Positions 41,027 through 50,632 of a stretch of 64,000 nt of DNA are shown piece after piece. Both the position numbers and the translations under genes were made by a program. This stretch comes from an uncultured Planctomycetota bacterium (GTDB lineage Bacteria > Planctomycetota > Planctomycetia > Isosphaerales > Isosphaeraceae): the NCBI GenBank assembly GCA_963737655.1, contig CAVTTN010000002.1, positions 2,688,001 through 2,752,000 of the forward strand. Direction: 5' to 3'. The number at the start of each line of letters is the position of its first letter. Position 1 is the first letter of the stretch. Under the pieces are notes generated by a model. That model was not told the origin of the DNA and ran no database searches. It saw nothing but the letters and a program-made list of their open reading frames with translations.

Positions 41027-41928
41027 CTACCTCCCCAAACGCCGGGCCTGGGGGGTCGGCGCGTTGTCGTCGCGGACCTCGATCACGGCGGTCTCGCCCG
41101 ACTGGACGCCGAGGAGCGACGGTTTTCGGTGGAACACCACGTTCCTCCGGCCCGCGCCCAGGGCCTGAACCTCCACGTCGAAGTCGCCGAGGACGACCCC
41201 GGGTCGGAACTGATTCAGGAGCGCGCCCGCCTTTTCGATGGCCTTCAGTTCCTCGGGGCCCAGACCTTCGGTTTCGGCCGGGGGAGGGCCGCCGCGGCCG
41301 TGGCCAGGACCATCATCGCTCCCACCAGGCCGATCCACCACGGCGAGAGCAGCGACCTCGGCGGCCTCGCTCCCGGCCCCGGACCCGTCCTCGCCTCGGC
41401 CGCCGATCGGTAGGCGGCCATCGTGGCGTCGTCGAACAGGACGAATTTCACAAGGACGACCGAGCGGGCGGCCTCGATCGCCTCGGCTGCTGCCCCCAGG
41501 GCGATCGGCGCGGCCTGGGCGACGGGATAGCCGAAAATCCCGGTCGAGATCGACGGAAAGGCCACCGAGGCCAGGCCCATCGAGTCGGCCAGGCGGATCG
41601 ATTCGCGGTAGCAGCTCGCCAGGGCCTTGGGCTCGCCGTTCTGGCCGTCCTGGAACATCGGCCCGACGGTGTGAACCACGTGGCGGGCCGGGAGCTTCCC
41701 GCCCGTCGTCGCCACGGCCTGGCCTGCGGGCAAGCGGCCCCGGCGGGCGACGATCGCCCGGCATTCGTCGAGGATCGCCGGCCCCCCGGCCCGGTGGATC
41801 GCGCCGTCCACGCCTCCTCCGCCCATCAGCGAGGAGTTCGCCGCGTTGACGATGGCGTCGGTCGTCTCCTTCGTGATGTCGCCGAGCGTCAGCTCGATGC
41901 TCTTGCCGGCTCCGAGCTCGATCCTCAT
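41027..41928 (-). CDS. Macrodomain O-acetyl-ADP-ribose deacetylase (YmdB-like) with TM helix and C-terminal extension; probable frameshift near 41260
   Basis: GDIT...AIVNAANSSLMGGGGVDGAIH, HTVGP, FPSISTGIFGYP; then WWIGLVGAMMVLATAAAAL; coding-like continuation in the shifted frame to 41027. Confidence 0.8.
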
Positions 41929-42061
41929 CGCGACCTCCGGGGAATTCGGGCCGAAGCGGCCATCATACCGTCGCCGGCCCGCGATTTGCGACCTCGTGCC
42001 GGGCGTGGGGCCGATCGGGGCCGGTTGGTCTCGATCGCGCCGATCTCCGGGAGACCCTCTC

Positions 42062-42769
42062 ATGGCGACCATGAATCACGCGACCGACCCTCGGGCGACG
42101 ACCGAGATCAGCGCGAGTCCCGGCGCGGCCCTCGATGGCTCGACGGTGCCGTTGCCGACCCAGCCGATCCAGGAGCCGGCCTCCGCGGGCTCGCCCGCTC
42201 CGGTGGACAACGCCCCCGATCCCGACATCCCCCACGAAACCCAGCAGGAGGAGATGGGCGTCGGCGTCGAGGGGGAAGTGACCGTCTGGGAGGCGAGGTA
42301 TTCGCTCAAGAACTTCCTCGGCCGGGTCACCTTGTGGACGTTCTTGACGATCTTCTGGATCGCCCTGGGCATCTATACCTGGGGCTACGGCCACCAGACC
42401 CTGAGCTTCCTGGCGATCGTCGGCGGGATCGCCCTGGGGATCGCCTGGATCGGGCTGGGATGGCGGATCCTCCAGGCCCAGTACGGCCACTACTACCGCC
42501 TCACCAACCGCCGCGTGTTCGTCTCGACCGGCCTGTTCAGCCGACGCCGGGACCAGATGGAGCTTCTCCGCGTCCAGGACGTCTATACCAAGCAGACCCT
42601 GGCCCAGAGGTGGTTGTCGATCGGCACGGTGATCATCACGTCGGACGATGCCCACCTGCCGATGCTCTACCTCGCCGGGGTGGATGACCCGAAATACGTG
42701 ATGGACCTCTGCTGGCACCACGCCCGTGCCGAACGCGACCGACGGAGCGTCAAGGTCGATCAGATCTGA
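42062..42769 (+). CDS. Membrane protein with bacterial PH (bPH_2/DUF304-like) domain
   Basis: Two TM helices then YRLTNRRV...GLFSR...RVQDV...QRWLSIGTVII. Confidence 0.8.
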   Translation: MATMNHATDPRATTEISASPGAALDGSTVPLPTQPIQEPASAGSPAPVDNAPDPDIPHETQQEEMGVGVEGEVTVWEARYSLKNFLGRVTLWTFLTIFWIALGIYTWGYGHQTLSFLAIVGGIALGIAWIGLGWRILQAQYGHYYRLTNRRVFVSTGLFSRRRDQMELLRVQDVYTKQTLAQRWLSIGTVIITSDDAHLPMLYLAGVDDPKYVMDLCWHHARAERDRRSVKVDQI

Positions 42770-42807
42770 ACCGGCATCCGGGCGGCGTGCCCACGATCGC
42801 GGGAGTG

Positions 42808-42883
42808 CTCGTAGGGTCCGCAATTGCGGACCCTTTCGATTTCGCGTCGGTTCGAAGAGGTCCGCAAGAGCGGACCCTACGAG
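42808..42883. repeat. REP doublet (GTAGGGTCCGC family)
   Basis: CTCGTAGGGTCCGCAATTGCGGACC...GGTCCGCAAGAGCGGACCCTACGAG. Confidence 0.8.
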
Positions 42884-42999
42884 AATTCAACCTTCGCGGG
42901 CTTGTCATCTCAGGACCAAGGAAACTCGACGATCGACGAATCCCCTCCCGGTGGATTACGATCGATCGGAGGTCCCTGGCGCCCGGGGCGTCTCGCCCG

Positions 43000-43770
43000 A
43001 TGCTCGAAGTTCTGATCGCCGCCGGCCGGTTCGTGGATTTCGCGGTTCGGACCGTGGCGGCGATCCCGCGCGCCCTGATCACTCGGACCGGCGAGTGCGT
43101 CCGCCAGTTCGAACGGGTGGCGTGGGGCAGCCTGCCGATCGCCTCGGCGGCCGGGGTGAGCGTGGGCCTGGTCACGTGGCTCCAGATGAGGCGATTGCTC
43201 GTCTCCTACGGGGTCGAGGACACGTTGCCGAGCGTCCTGGCGGCGGCCGTCCTGGTCGAGACCGGGCCGGTCCTGGCCTCGTTGCTCGTCGCCGGGAGGC
43301 TCGGCGCGGGGCTGGCGGCCGAGCTCGGCTCGATGACCCTGACCGAGGAGATCGACGCCCGGGAAGTGCTCGGCTCTCCGCCGATCTCGTCGCTCGTGGC
43401 CCCCCGAGCGATCGCCTGCGCGGTGGCCGTCCCATTGTTGACGGTCCTCCTGGATGCCTCCGCCCTGTTCGGCGGGATGGCGGCCGAGATGGCGGCCGGG
43501 TCGGTGTCGGCCCGGGTCTACCAGGCCCGGTCGCTCGACTTCCTCCGGCTCCGCGATATCCTCCCCTCGACCCTGAAAACCGCCGTCTTCGGCCTCTTGA
43601 TCGGCCTGATCGGCTGCTGGACCGGCCTGAACGCCGAGCGATCGACCGAGGACGTCGGCCGGGCCGCCACCCGGGGCGTGGTCCGCGCCATGCTCGCCGT
43701 GTTCGCCGCGAACCTCGTCCTCGTCCCGATCCTCCAGGCCCTGGTGGACTGGAGCGGATGGACCCTGTAG
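43000..43770 (+). CDS. mlaE: MlaE-family ABC permease
   Basis: ETGPVLASLLVAGRLGAGLAAELGSMTLTEEIDA; DVGRAATRGVV. Confidence 0.88.
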   Translation: MLEVLIAAGRFVDFAVRTVAAIPRALITRTGECVRQFERVAWGSLPIASAAGVSVGLVTWLQMRRLLVSYGVEDTLPSVLAAAVLVETGPVLASLLVAGRLGAGLAAELGSMTLTEEIDAREVLGSPPISSLVAPRAIACAVAVPLLTVLLDASALFGGMAAEMAAGSVSARVYQARSLDFLRLRDILPSTLKTAVFGLLIGLIGCWTGLNAERSTEDVGRAATRGVVRAMLAVFAANLVLVPILQALVDWSGWTL

Positions 43771-43788
43771 GGTGCATGAAATGCACCA
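43767..43788 (+). repeat. REP unit GTAGGGTGCATGAAATGCACCA
   Basis: Identical copy at 54231-54252; degenerate copy at 63018. Confidence 0.8.
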
Positions 43789-43793
43789 ATCCT

Positions 43794-43935
43794 TGCTCTG
43801 TAGAAAACCCGGTTCGCAGAGGTTTCACGAGTCGGCCCGACTTCAGTCGGGCCTACAAAAATCTCTTATTTTGTAGGCCCGACTGAAGTCGGGCCGAGTC
43901 GATTCCTGACTCGCACCGGGGTTTTCTACAGAGCA
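43794..43935. mobile_element. MITE, copy 1 (142 bp), with TIRs, 9-bp TSD and internal REP doublet
   Basis: TGCTCTGTAGAAAACCC...GGGTTTTCTACAGAGCA flanked by ACCAATCCT at 43785-43793 and 43936-43944. Confidence 0.85.
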
Positions 43936-44006
43936 ACCAATCCTGATTTTTGCCCTTAACCCGAGTTTTTGCCGCGTCCCGCACCGACCCCGGATCCAGG
44001 CCCGCC

Positions 44007-45134
44007 ATGTCCCGAGAGATCCACCCACTCCGAGCGATCTTGAACGCCGGGCTCGCCCTGGCCGTGATCGCGATGGCCGGCTACGGGGCGTCCCTGGTGG
44101 CGGCCCGGCAGTGGCGATGGCAGAAGACGTTCGCGGTCCGCGTCGAGTTCGCCCGGGTCGGCGGCCTGGAGCCCGGGGCGAAGGTGCGAATCCAGGGGAT
44201 GGACGCCGGGACCGTCGAGGCGATCGTCGCGCCCTCGGCGCCGGGCCGGCCGGTCGTCCTGCGCTTGCGGGTCGATCAGACGCTCCGAGGGCTGGTGAGG
44301 TCCGACGCCTCGGCGCGGATCGAGTCGGTGGGGATCGTGGGCGGGAAGGCCGTGGAGATCGTCCCGGGCCAGCCCGACGCCCCTGCCCTGCCCGACGGCG
44401 CGACGATCCGCGCCGAACCCACCGTCGAGCTCGCCGACCTCCTCCGAGACGCCTCGGCCGCGCTCCGCCGGGTCGATGCCGTGGCCGAGGCCGCCGAGAA
44501 GGGCCTCTCGGAGATCACGGCCATCGCCTCGGAGGTCCGCCAGGGGCGGGGGACGCTCGGGAAGCTCGTCCGCGACGACGAGGCCTACCATCGCCTGCTC
44601 GCCCTCTCCGGCCGGGGCGAGAAGGCGCTCACGGACCTCGATGAAAACCTCTCGGCGATGAAGAATGTCTGGCCGATCTCGCGATACTTCCGGGGCCGGG
44701 GGTTCGACGACCGCGACCGCGTGCTGTTCCACCCCGGCTCCGAGCGCGAAGCCCGGACGATCGCCGGAGACGACCTGTTCGAGCCCGGCCGGGCCGTCCT
44801 GACCGCGGGGGGGCGGCACCTCCTGGACGACGTGGCCTCCTGGTTCCTCAAGCTCAAGAGGCCCAGGACCGCCGAGATCGTCGTCGCCGCCTTCACCGAC
44901 ACCCCGAAGGACGACGAGGAACTCGCCCAGGCGCTGACCCAGGAACAGGCCGAGGCCGTCCGCCGCTACCTGATCGACCGCCACGGGATCGACTCGCTCG
45001 GCTGGTTCCGCTCGCGAAAAGTCGCGGCCGTCGGCTTCGGCACCGGCTCCCCCCGGATGATCGACGCCAGCCCGGCCCTCCCGGACCAACCTCCCCGGCG
45101 GGTCGAGATCCTGGTGTTCACCCCGCAGACCTGA
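44007..45134 (+). CDS. mlaD: MlaD/MCE protein with C-terminal OmpA-like domain
   Basis: N-terminal TM; FARVGGLEPGAKVRIQGMDAGTV (MCE); LFEPGRAVL...AFTD...AEAVRRYL...GFGT...RRVEI (OmpA-like). Confidence 0.85.
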   Translation: MSREIHPLRAILNAGLALAVIAMAGYGASLVAARQWRWQKTFAVRVEFARVGGLEPGAKVRIQGMDAGTVEAIVAPSAPGRPVVLRLRVDQTLRGLVRSDASARIESVGIVGGKAVEIVPGQPDAPALPDGATIRAEPTVELADLLRDASAALRRVDAVAEAAEKGLSEITAIASEVRQGRGTLGKLVRDDEAYHRLLALSGRGEKALTDLDENLSAMKNVWPISRYFRGRGFDDRDRVLFHPGSEREARTIAGDDLFEPGRAVLTAGGRHLLDDVASWFLKLKRPRTAEIVVAAFTDTPKDDEELAQALTQEQAEAVRRYLIDRHGIDSLGWFRSRKVAAVGFGTGSPRMIDASPALPDQPPRRVEILVFTPQT

Positions 45135-45157
45135 GCGGCGGGAAGATGGGATTCCAA

Positions 45158-45299
45158 TGCTCTGTAGAAAACCCCATTGGGGATGAGGAAAACGAGTAGG
45201 TCCGACTTCAGTCGGGCCTGCGAAACAAATATCTTTTCGCAGGCCCGACTGAAGTCGGACCTACTCGATTCCTCTCCATCACCGGTTTTCTACAGAGCG
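45158..45299. mobile_element. MITE, copy 2 (142 bp)
   Basis: TGCTCTGTAGAAAACC...GGTTTTCTACAGAGC(G); same length and internal CCGACTTCAGTCGG/CCGACTGAAGTCGG doublet as copy 1; flanks match at 6 of 9 positions. Confidence 0.8.
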
Positions 45300-45508
45300 G
45301 CATCCCCACGAATTTTCGCGCCGAAAAATCGATCCGACACCAGGTCTCCCGCAGCTCGGGTCGCGAGGTCCCCCTTGAACCAAACCGGCGATCGGGCCAC
45401 AATAGGAATGAGCGAAGAATCCGAGAATCCCCGATCACGGGGCGAAGTCGAGACCGCCGGCCGGCAGGGCGAGGGGTTGCTGCCGTCTCGCGGCGGGAGG
45501 TTGGTGGG

Positions 45509-46885
45509 TTGCGCATCACGTTCCACGGGGCCGCTCGGCAGGTCACGGGCAGCGCCCACCTTCTGGAGATCGGCCGTCACCGCATCCTCCTGGATTGCGG
45601 CCTGTTCGACTCCGATCGGGTGAGCCCCGACAGCCCGAACCGCCAGTTCACGTTCGATCCGCATTCGCTGGACGCGGTCATCGTCTCCCATGCGCACAAC
45701 GACCACATCGGCCGGCTGCCGTGCCTGACCCGCGCCGGCTACAACGGCCCGATCTTCACGACCGGCGCCACCGGCGACATCCTCAACATCATGCTCCGCG
45801 ACAGCGCGAGGATTCAGAGGGAAGACGCGAGGCAGTCCTCCAACGGTCACGGCCCGGTCGATCCCCTGTTCGAGCTCCAGGACGTCGAATGGGTCGTCGA
45901 TCACCTGCGACGGCTCCGGTACGACGAGCCCACGGAGATCTGCGAGGGCGTGACGCTCACGTACCGGGACGCCGGCCACATCCTCGGCTCGGCCATCGTC
46001 CAGCTCGACTTCCGCGAGGACGGCCGGGACCGCCGGTTCGTCTTCACCGGAGACCTCGGGCGCCGCAACATGGGCCTCCTGCCCAACCCCACGATCGTCC
46101 AGGACATCGACATCCTCGTCTCCGAAAGCACGTACGGTGCCAAGGAACTGGACCCCTACGAGAAGCTGATCAAGCAGCTCCACGCGATCGTGGCCAGGGC
46201 CACCCGGCTCCAGTCCAAGATCATCATCCCCGCCTTCAGCCTGGGGCGGACCCAGAGGATGGTCTACTGCTTCCAGGAACTCTTCGCGCTGCACAAGGTC
46301 CGGCCGATCCCGGTCTTCGTCGACAGCCCGCTGGCCCTCCGCCTGACGGACGTCCACCGCGAATACCCCGACGCCTACACCCCCACCGCCCGCCGCCTGA
46401 TGGACCGTGACGCCCGCTATTTCTCCGGTCCCGAGGTCCATTTCTGCGCCTCCTGGGACGATTCGCGGCGGCTGAATCACCTCTCCGGGCCGATGGTGAT
46501 CATCGCCTCCAGCGGGATGTGCGAGGCCGGGCGGATCAAGCACCACCTGAAGCACGCCGTCGAGGACCCGAACAACGCGATCGTGATCGTCAGCTACCAG
46601 GCCGAGGGGACCCTCGGCCGCAAGATCGCCGAGGGGGTCGAGCGGATCCAGATCCTCGACCAGTGGCTCGACCTGAACGCCGCCGTGTACGTCCTGGATG
46701 GCTTCTCCGGCCACGCCGACAAGTCCGACCTGGCCTGGTGGTACGAGAAGACCGGGGGAGGCATCAAGAACGCCTTCCTCGTCCACGGAGAGCCCGAGAG
46801 CATGGCCGCCATCCAGCCGGCCCTGCAACCGTTCGTCGAGACCGAGGTCGTGATCCCCGAGAGGCTGGCGTCGTACGAGGTCTGA
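45509..46885 (+). CDS. MBL-fold beta-CASP ribonuclease-like protein
   Basis: GAARQVTGS, SHAHNDHIG, AGHILGS, FTGDLG, ESTYG, FSGHAD, VHGE; TTG start. Confidence 0.92.
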   Translation: MRITFHGAARQVTGSAHLLEIGRHRILLDCGLFDSDRVSPDSPNRQFTFDPHSLDAVIVSHAHNDHIGRLPCLTRAGYNGPIFTTGATGDILNIMLRDSARIQREDARQSSNGHGPVDPLFELQDVEWVVDHLRRLRYDEPTEICEGVTLTYRDAGHILGSAIVQLDFREDGRDRRFVFTGDLGRRNMGLLPNPTIVQDIDILVSESTYGAKELDPYEKLIKQLHAIVARATRLQSKIIIPAFSLGRTQRMVYCFQELFALHKVRPIPVFVDSPLALRLTDVHREYPDAYTPTARRLMDRDARYFSGPEVHFCASWDDSRRLNHLSGPMVIIASSGMCEAGRIKHHLKHAVEDPNNAIVIVSYQAEGTLGRKIAEGVERIQILDQWLDLNAAVYVLDGFSGHADKSDLAWWYEKTGGGIKNAFLVHGEPESMAAIQPALQPFVETEVVIPERLASYEV

Positions 46886-46909
46886 GAGGCGATCTTCGGG
46901 GGGAAAACG

Positions 46910-47125
46910 ATGGCCGAGTCGAGCGGAGGGCGCCGGGTCATCGCGTCGAGGATCATCCGGCCCGGAGGCAAGATCACCGGCTCCATCCCCGACAACCCTT
47001 CGACCATGGGCGAGAGGATCGAACAGGTCTGGACGTTGACTCGGCTGTGTCTGGCCTGGCAGGAGGGCGCCGAGGGTGAGCCCCGACTTCAGAGATCCGT
47101 GAGCCGAGCCCGCCGCCCTCGGTGA
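46910..47125 (+). CDS. Small hypothetical protein (possible orphan partner of a nucleotidyltransferase module)
   Basis: 71 aa; ERIEQVWTLTR...EPRLQRSV. Confidence 0.55.
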   Translation: MAESSGGRRVIASRIIRPGGKITGSIPDNPSTMGERIEQVWTLTRLCLAWQEGAEGEPRLQRSVSRARRPR

Positions 47126-47189
47126 TCGTCGAGAGTCCGGGTTGCGGGACTGCGAGTCGTCTGTTTGACATCGAACATCCCTTCATCGC

Positions 47190-47873
47190 ATGGATGCCCG
47201 GATGAGAAGTCTGGATTCCTCGATCGCTCGGTGGATATTCGCCGTTCTCACCGTCGGAGTCGGGATCGTCACCCTGCGAAGCCAGTCGGATTTCTGGCTC
47301 GGGTCCCTGGTCACTCTGCTCGCGGCCTGGATCTTCGAGGCGACCGGAACGCTTGTCGCCCCGCCGGGGCGAGGCCATCGGACCCCGGCCCTGATCTTCG
47401 TCGTCTCTTCCACCCTCGGCCTGGCGATCGGTTTCGGGCCCTGGTCCGATGCCTCGAAACGAGGGGCCCTGCCGAACGCCGCCGCGCTCATGGCTCCCTA
47501 TCGGGCCGACATTCAGCCGGCGACCTTCGGCTTCCTCTTCCTCCGAAGCTACGTCGGCCCGGCCCATCGGGCCGAGATCCGAATCGACGACACCCGTCGC
47601 CGGATCGTCGCCGACGTCACGATCCTCGGAACCCGAGGCGGGCCCTCGGGTCCCGAGATGCTCGCGTGGGACTTCGAAACGAGCCTCAACCCGAAACTTG
47701 ACATCATGACTCGGACGGGTACCGGCGCATTCTATGCCATCACGGACGAATCCCTCAAAGTCTACCTGGACGCCTGTTATCTGCTCGCAAGCCTCCTCCT
47801 GGGATGGGCGTCTGCGGGGATCGGCGCCCTCGTCCTCCGGATCCGGAGGCGACGGCCGGGGCGTTCGACGTGA
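47190..47873 (+). CDS. Hypothetical membrane protein (about 4 TM)
   Basis: Hydrophobic segments; basic tail RIRRRRP. Confidence 0.6.
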   Translation: MDARMRSLDSSIARWIFAVLTVGVGIVTLRSQSDFWLGSLVTLLAAWIFEATGTLVAPPGRGHRTPALIFVVSSTLGLAIGFGPWSDASKRGALPNAAALMAPYRADIQPATFGFLFLRSYVGPAHRAEIRIDDTRRRIVADVTILGTRGGPSGPEMLAWDFETSLNPKLDIMTRTGTGAFYAITDESLKVYLDACYLLASLLLGWASAGIGALVLRIRRRRPGRST

Positions 47874-47924
47874 AGCGTGGATCGGTCCGAGGCGGTTGGG
47901 TTCGATCGCTCGCCGACGCCCGGA

Positions 47925-48746
47925 TCAGACGCGCAGGGCCTCGGCCATTTCCCCTACGAATCGGCCGATGTCCTGGACCACTTCCCTCTTGGGGCGATGG
48001 CCGATCTCGGCCAAACGACGGACCAGCGCGCTGCCCACGATCAGGCCGTCGGCGATCGGCGCCAGGGCGCGGATCTGCTCCGGCCCGCTGATGCCGAAGC
48101 CGATGCAGATCGGCAGGGAGGTTCGCCCCCGGAGCCACTCGACGTTACCGGCCAGCTCCGGGGGGATCTCGCGCCTCTCTCCGGTCAGGCCCGCCACCGA
48201 CACGTAGTACAGGAAACCGGTCGTGGATTCGGCGATCCGGATCGCCCGATCGCGGGGCGTGGTCGGGGTGACGAGCTGGATCAGGCTCAGGCCGCGATCG
48301 GCGGCCTGCTCGACCAGCTCGCCGGCCTCTTCCACCGGCAAATCCGGGACGATCAGGCCATCGACGCCCGAATCGCGGGCCCGGTCGAGATAGGTCGTCG
48401 TCCCCTGGCGATGGACGATCGCGAACGAGACCATCGTCACGATCGGAGCCGCCGTGAGCGGCCCTCCCGAGGTCTCGGCGCGAAGGGTCCGCAACGTCTG
48501 GAAGATCTCGCCGAGCTTCACCCCGCCCTTCAGGGCCCGGGTGTAGCTCGCCGCGATCACGGGGCCGTCGGCGATCGGGTCGGAATAGGGGATCCCGATC
48601 TCGACCATCTGGGCGCCCCGGGCCACCATCTCGGCGATCAGGGCCGCCGTGGTGGCGAGGTCCGGGTCTCCGGCCGTGATGAAGGGCATGAGCGCCTTGC
48701 GGCGCTCGGCGCGGAGGCGATGGAACAAGGAGTCGATGCGATTCAT
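47925..48746 (-). CDS. trpA: Tryptophan synthase alpha chain
   Basis: PFITAGDP, EIGIPYSDPIADGPVI, YYVSVAGLTG, GFGIS, DGLIVGSA. Confidence 0.96.
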   Translation of the reverse strand: MNRIDSLFHRLRAERRKALMPFITAGDPDLATTAALIAEMVARGAQMVEIGIPYSDPIADGPVIAASYTRALKGGVKLGEIFQTLRTLRAETSGGPLTAAPIVTMVSFAIVHRQGTTTYLDRARDSGVDGLIVPDLPVEEAGELVEQAADRGLSLIQLVTPTTPRDRAIRIAESTTGFLYYVSVAGLTGERREIPPELAGNVEWLRGRTSLPICIGFGISGPEQIRALAPIADGLIVGSALVRRLAEIGHRPKREVVQDIGRFVGEMAEALRV

Positions 48747-48799
48747 GAGAGGCCCGAGGGTCGCCGTGGGACGGGGAATACGCGGGGAAATCGCTCCGA

Positions 48800-50023
48800 T
48801 CACTCCATCGGCTCGCCGCGAATCCTCGCGATTTCATAGGCATCCTTGTCGCCCCGGCCCGAGAGGCAGACGACCAGCACCTTCCCCTCGCCCAGCCCCG
48901 GCGCCTCCTTCATCGCCTGGGCGACGGCGTGGCTCGATTCGAGGGCCGGCAGGATGCCTTCGCGGCGCGCCAGGGCCGAATAGGCGTCGAGCGCCTCGGC
49001 GTCGGTGATGCTCTCGTACCGGACCCGCCCGGCGTCCTTCCAGAACGAATGCTCCGGGCCGACCCCGGGGTAATCCAGCCCGGCGGAGATCGAATGGACG
49101 TCGTCGGTCTGGCCGTCCTCGTCCTGCAACACGTAGCTGAAGCTGCCGTGGAGCACCCCGGGGCGGCCCATCGTCAGGCTCGACGCATGATCGCCCGACG
49201 CGATGCCCCGGCCGCCCGCCTCGGCGCCGATCAGGGCGACGGCCTCATCCTCGACGAACGGATAGAACATCCCCGCCGCGTTCGACCCCCCGCCGACGCA
49301 CGCCACCACCGCGTCGGGCAATCGGCCGAGGCGGTCCAGGCACTGCGAGCGGGTCTCCCGGCCGATGATCGACTGGAAATCGCGGACGATCATCGGGAAC
49401 GGGTGAGGGCCGACGACGCTGCCGATCGTGTAGTGCGTCGTCTTCGACGAACCCATCCAGTCGCGCATCGCCTCGTTGGTGGCGTCGCGGAGGGTCCGCG
49501 AGCCGGTCGTCACCGGGACGACCGTCGCCCCCATCGTCCTCATGTTGAAGACGTTGAGCTTCTGGCGGCGGATGTCCTCCTCGCCCATGTACACGGTGCA
49601 TTCCAGGCCGGTCAGGGCGCACGCGGTCGCCGTGGCCACGCCGTGCTGGCCGGCGCCGGTCTCGGCGATCACCCGGGTCTTGCCCATCCTCTGCGCGATC
49701 AACACCTGACCGATCGCATTGTTGATCTTGTGAGCGCCCGTATGATTCAAGTCCTCGCGCTTCAGATAGATGGACGCCCCGCCCAGGTGCGCCGAAAGCC
49801 GCTCGGCGAAGTAGAGAGGCGACGGTCGGCCGACGTAATTGGCGTAATAATCGGCCAGCTTGACCTGGAACGAAAGGTCGGCCTTCGCCTCCTCATACGC
49901 GTCGGCCAGGACGTTCAGGGCGTCCATCAGGGTCTCGGGGACGAAGCGTCCGCCGAAGGCCCCGAAGCGGCCGAGGGCATCGGGGAGCGAGGCCAGCGAG
50001 GGGCCGGAAGTCGTCGGGGGCAT
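48800..50023 (-). CDS. trpB: Tryptophan synthase beta chain
   Basis: [52 protein letters not shown]. Confidence 0.97.
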   Translation of the reverse strand: MPPTTSGPSLASLPDALGRFGAFGGRFVPETLMDALNVLADAYEEAKADLSFQVKLADYYANYVGRPSPLYFAERLSAHLGGASIYLKREDLNHTGAHKINNAIGQVLIAQRMGKTRVIAETGAGQHGVATATACALTGLECTVYMGEEDIRRQKLNVFNMRTMGATVVPVTTGSRTLRDATNEAMRDWMGSSKTTHYTIGSVVGPHPFPMIVRDFQSIIGRETRSQCLDRLGRLPDAVVACVGGGSNAAGMFYPFVEDEAVALIGAEAGGRGIASGDHASSLTMGRPGVLHGSFSYVLQDEDGQTDDVHSISAGLDYPGVGPEHSFWKDAGRVRYESITDAEALDAYSALARREGILPALESSHAVAQAMKEAPGLGEGKVLVVCLSGRGDKDAYEIARIRGEPME

Positions 50024-50069
50024 GATCGCGAGCAATCCTCGATCCCAAAGGGCGGCGGCACGACACGGC

Positions 50070-50217
50070 CATTGTCCGGGGCGAGAGGCGTTCGGGTCAA
50101 GGGCCGGCGACGCCGGGTCGAATCGGCCACGGCCGCCGAGGTGTTCTCGCGGAGCCAGAGTGCGGATCGGCGGATGTCGGCCTTCGCGGTCGCCGCGATC
50201 TCGACTCGGTATCTCAT
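50070..50217 (-). pseudogene. Truncated ParE/RelE-family toxin remnant
   Basis: [22 protein letters not shown]...PLAPDN; ATGA overlap with the antitoxin; similarity collapses after ~32 aa; 3' boundary approximate. Confidence 0.65.
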
Positions 50218-50531
50218 GCCCCGGGCGGAGATTGCAGGTCGCGACGCAGGTCGGCGAGCGCCTCGGCGGTCGGCTGAACGCGGCCCGCCGCCCGGTCTTC
50301 CAGGCCGCGGCGGATGCCTTCGAGCATCCGAAGCTCCTCGGTCATGGCCAGCAATCGCTGAGTCATGGCCAGCAATCGCTAATAAGACGCGGCGTCCTGG
50401 ACCACGAGCTCGGCCTTGCCGTTGATCGTCAAGACGATCGGCTCGCCCGTCTCCTTCAACTGCTGGACGAAGTCCGGCGTGTTCTTCTTGAAATCGGTCA
50501 GCGATTGGATGTCGCGAATCAAGTCGATCAT
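50214..50531 (-). pseudogene. Phd/YefM-family antitoxin with in-frame TAG and 21-bp tandem duplication
   Basis: MIDLIRDIQSLTDFKKNT...[48 protein letters not shown]...; TAG at 50379-50381. Confidence 0.85.
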
Positions 50532-50632
50532 GGCCACCCCGGACGAAGAATCGTTCGAGAGCCGAATTCGATTCTAGATCGGGCCGCCGGGGCCGGCCAG
50601 CCCGCTCCTCGCGCCGACGCGGTCGGGGCCGA

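Noticed and set aside
43794..45299. Composite transposon carrying mlaD between the two MITEs
   Set aside because: Copy 1 has its own TSD on both sides and the outer flanks do not match, so independent insertions are more likely.
50379..50381. TAG recoding (pyrrolysine or alternative genetic code)
   Set aside because: TAG is a normal stop for other genes here (e.g. 10008, 15261, 43770), and the partner toxin is also broken.
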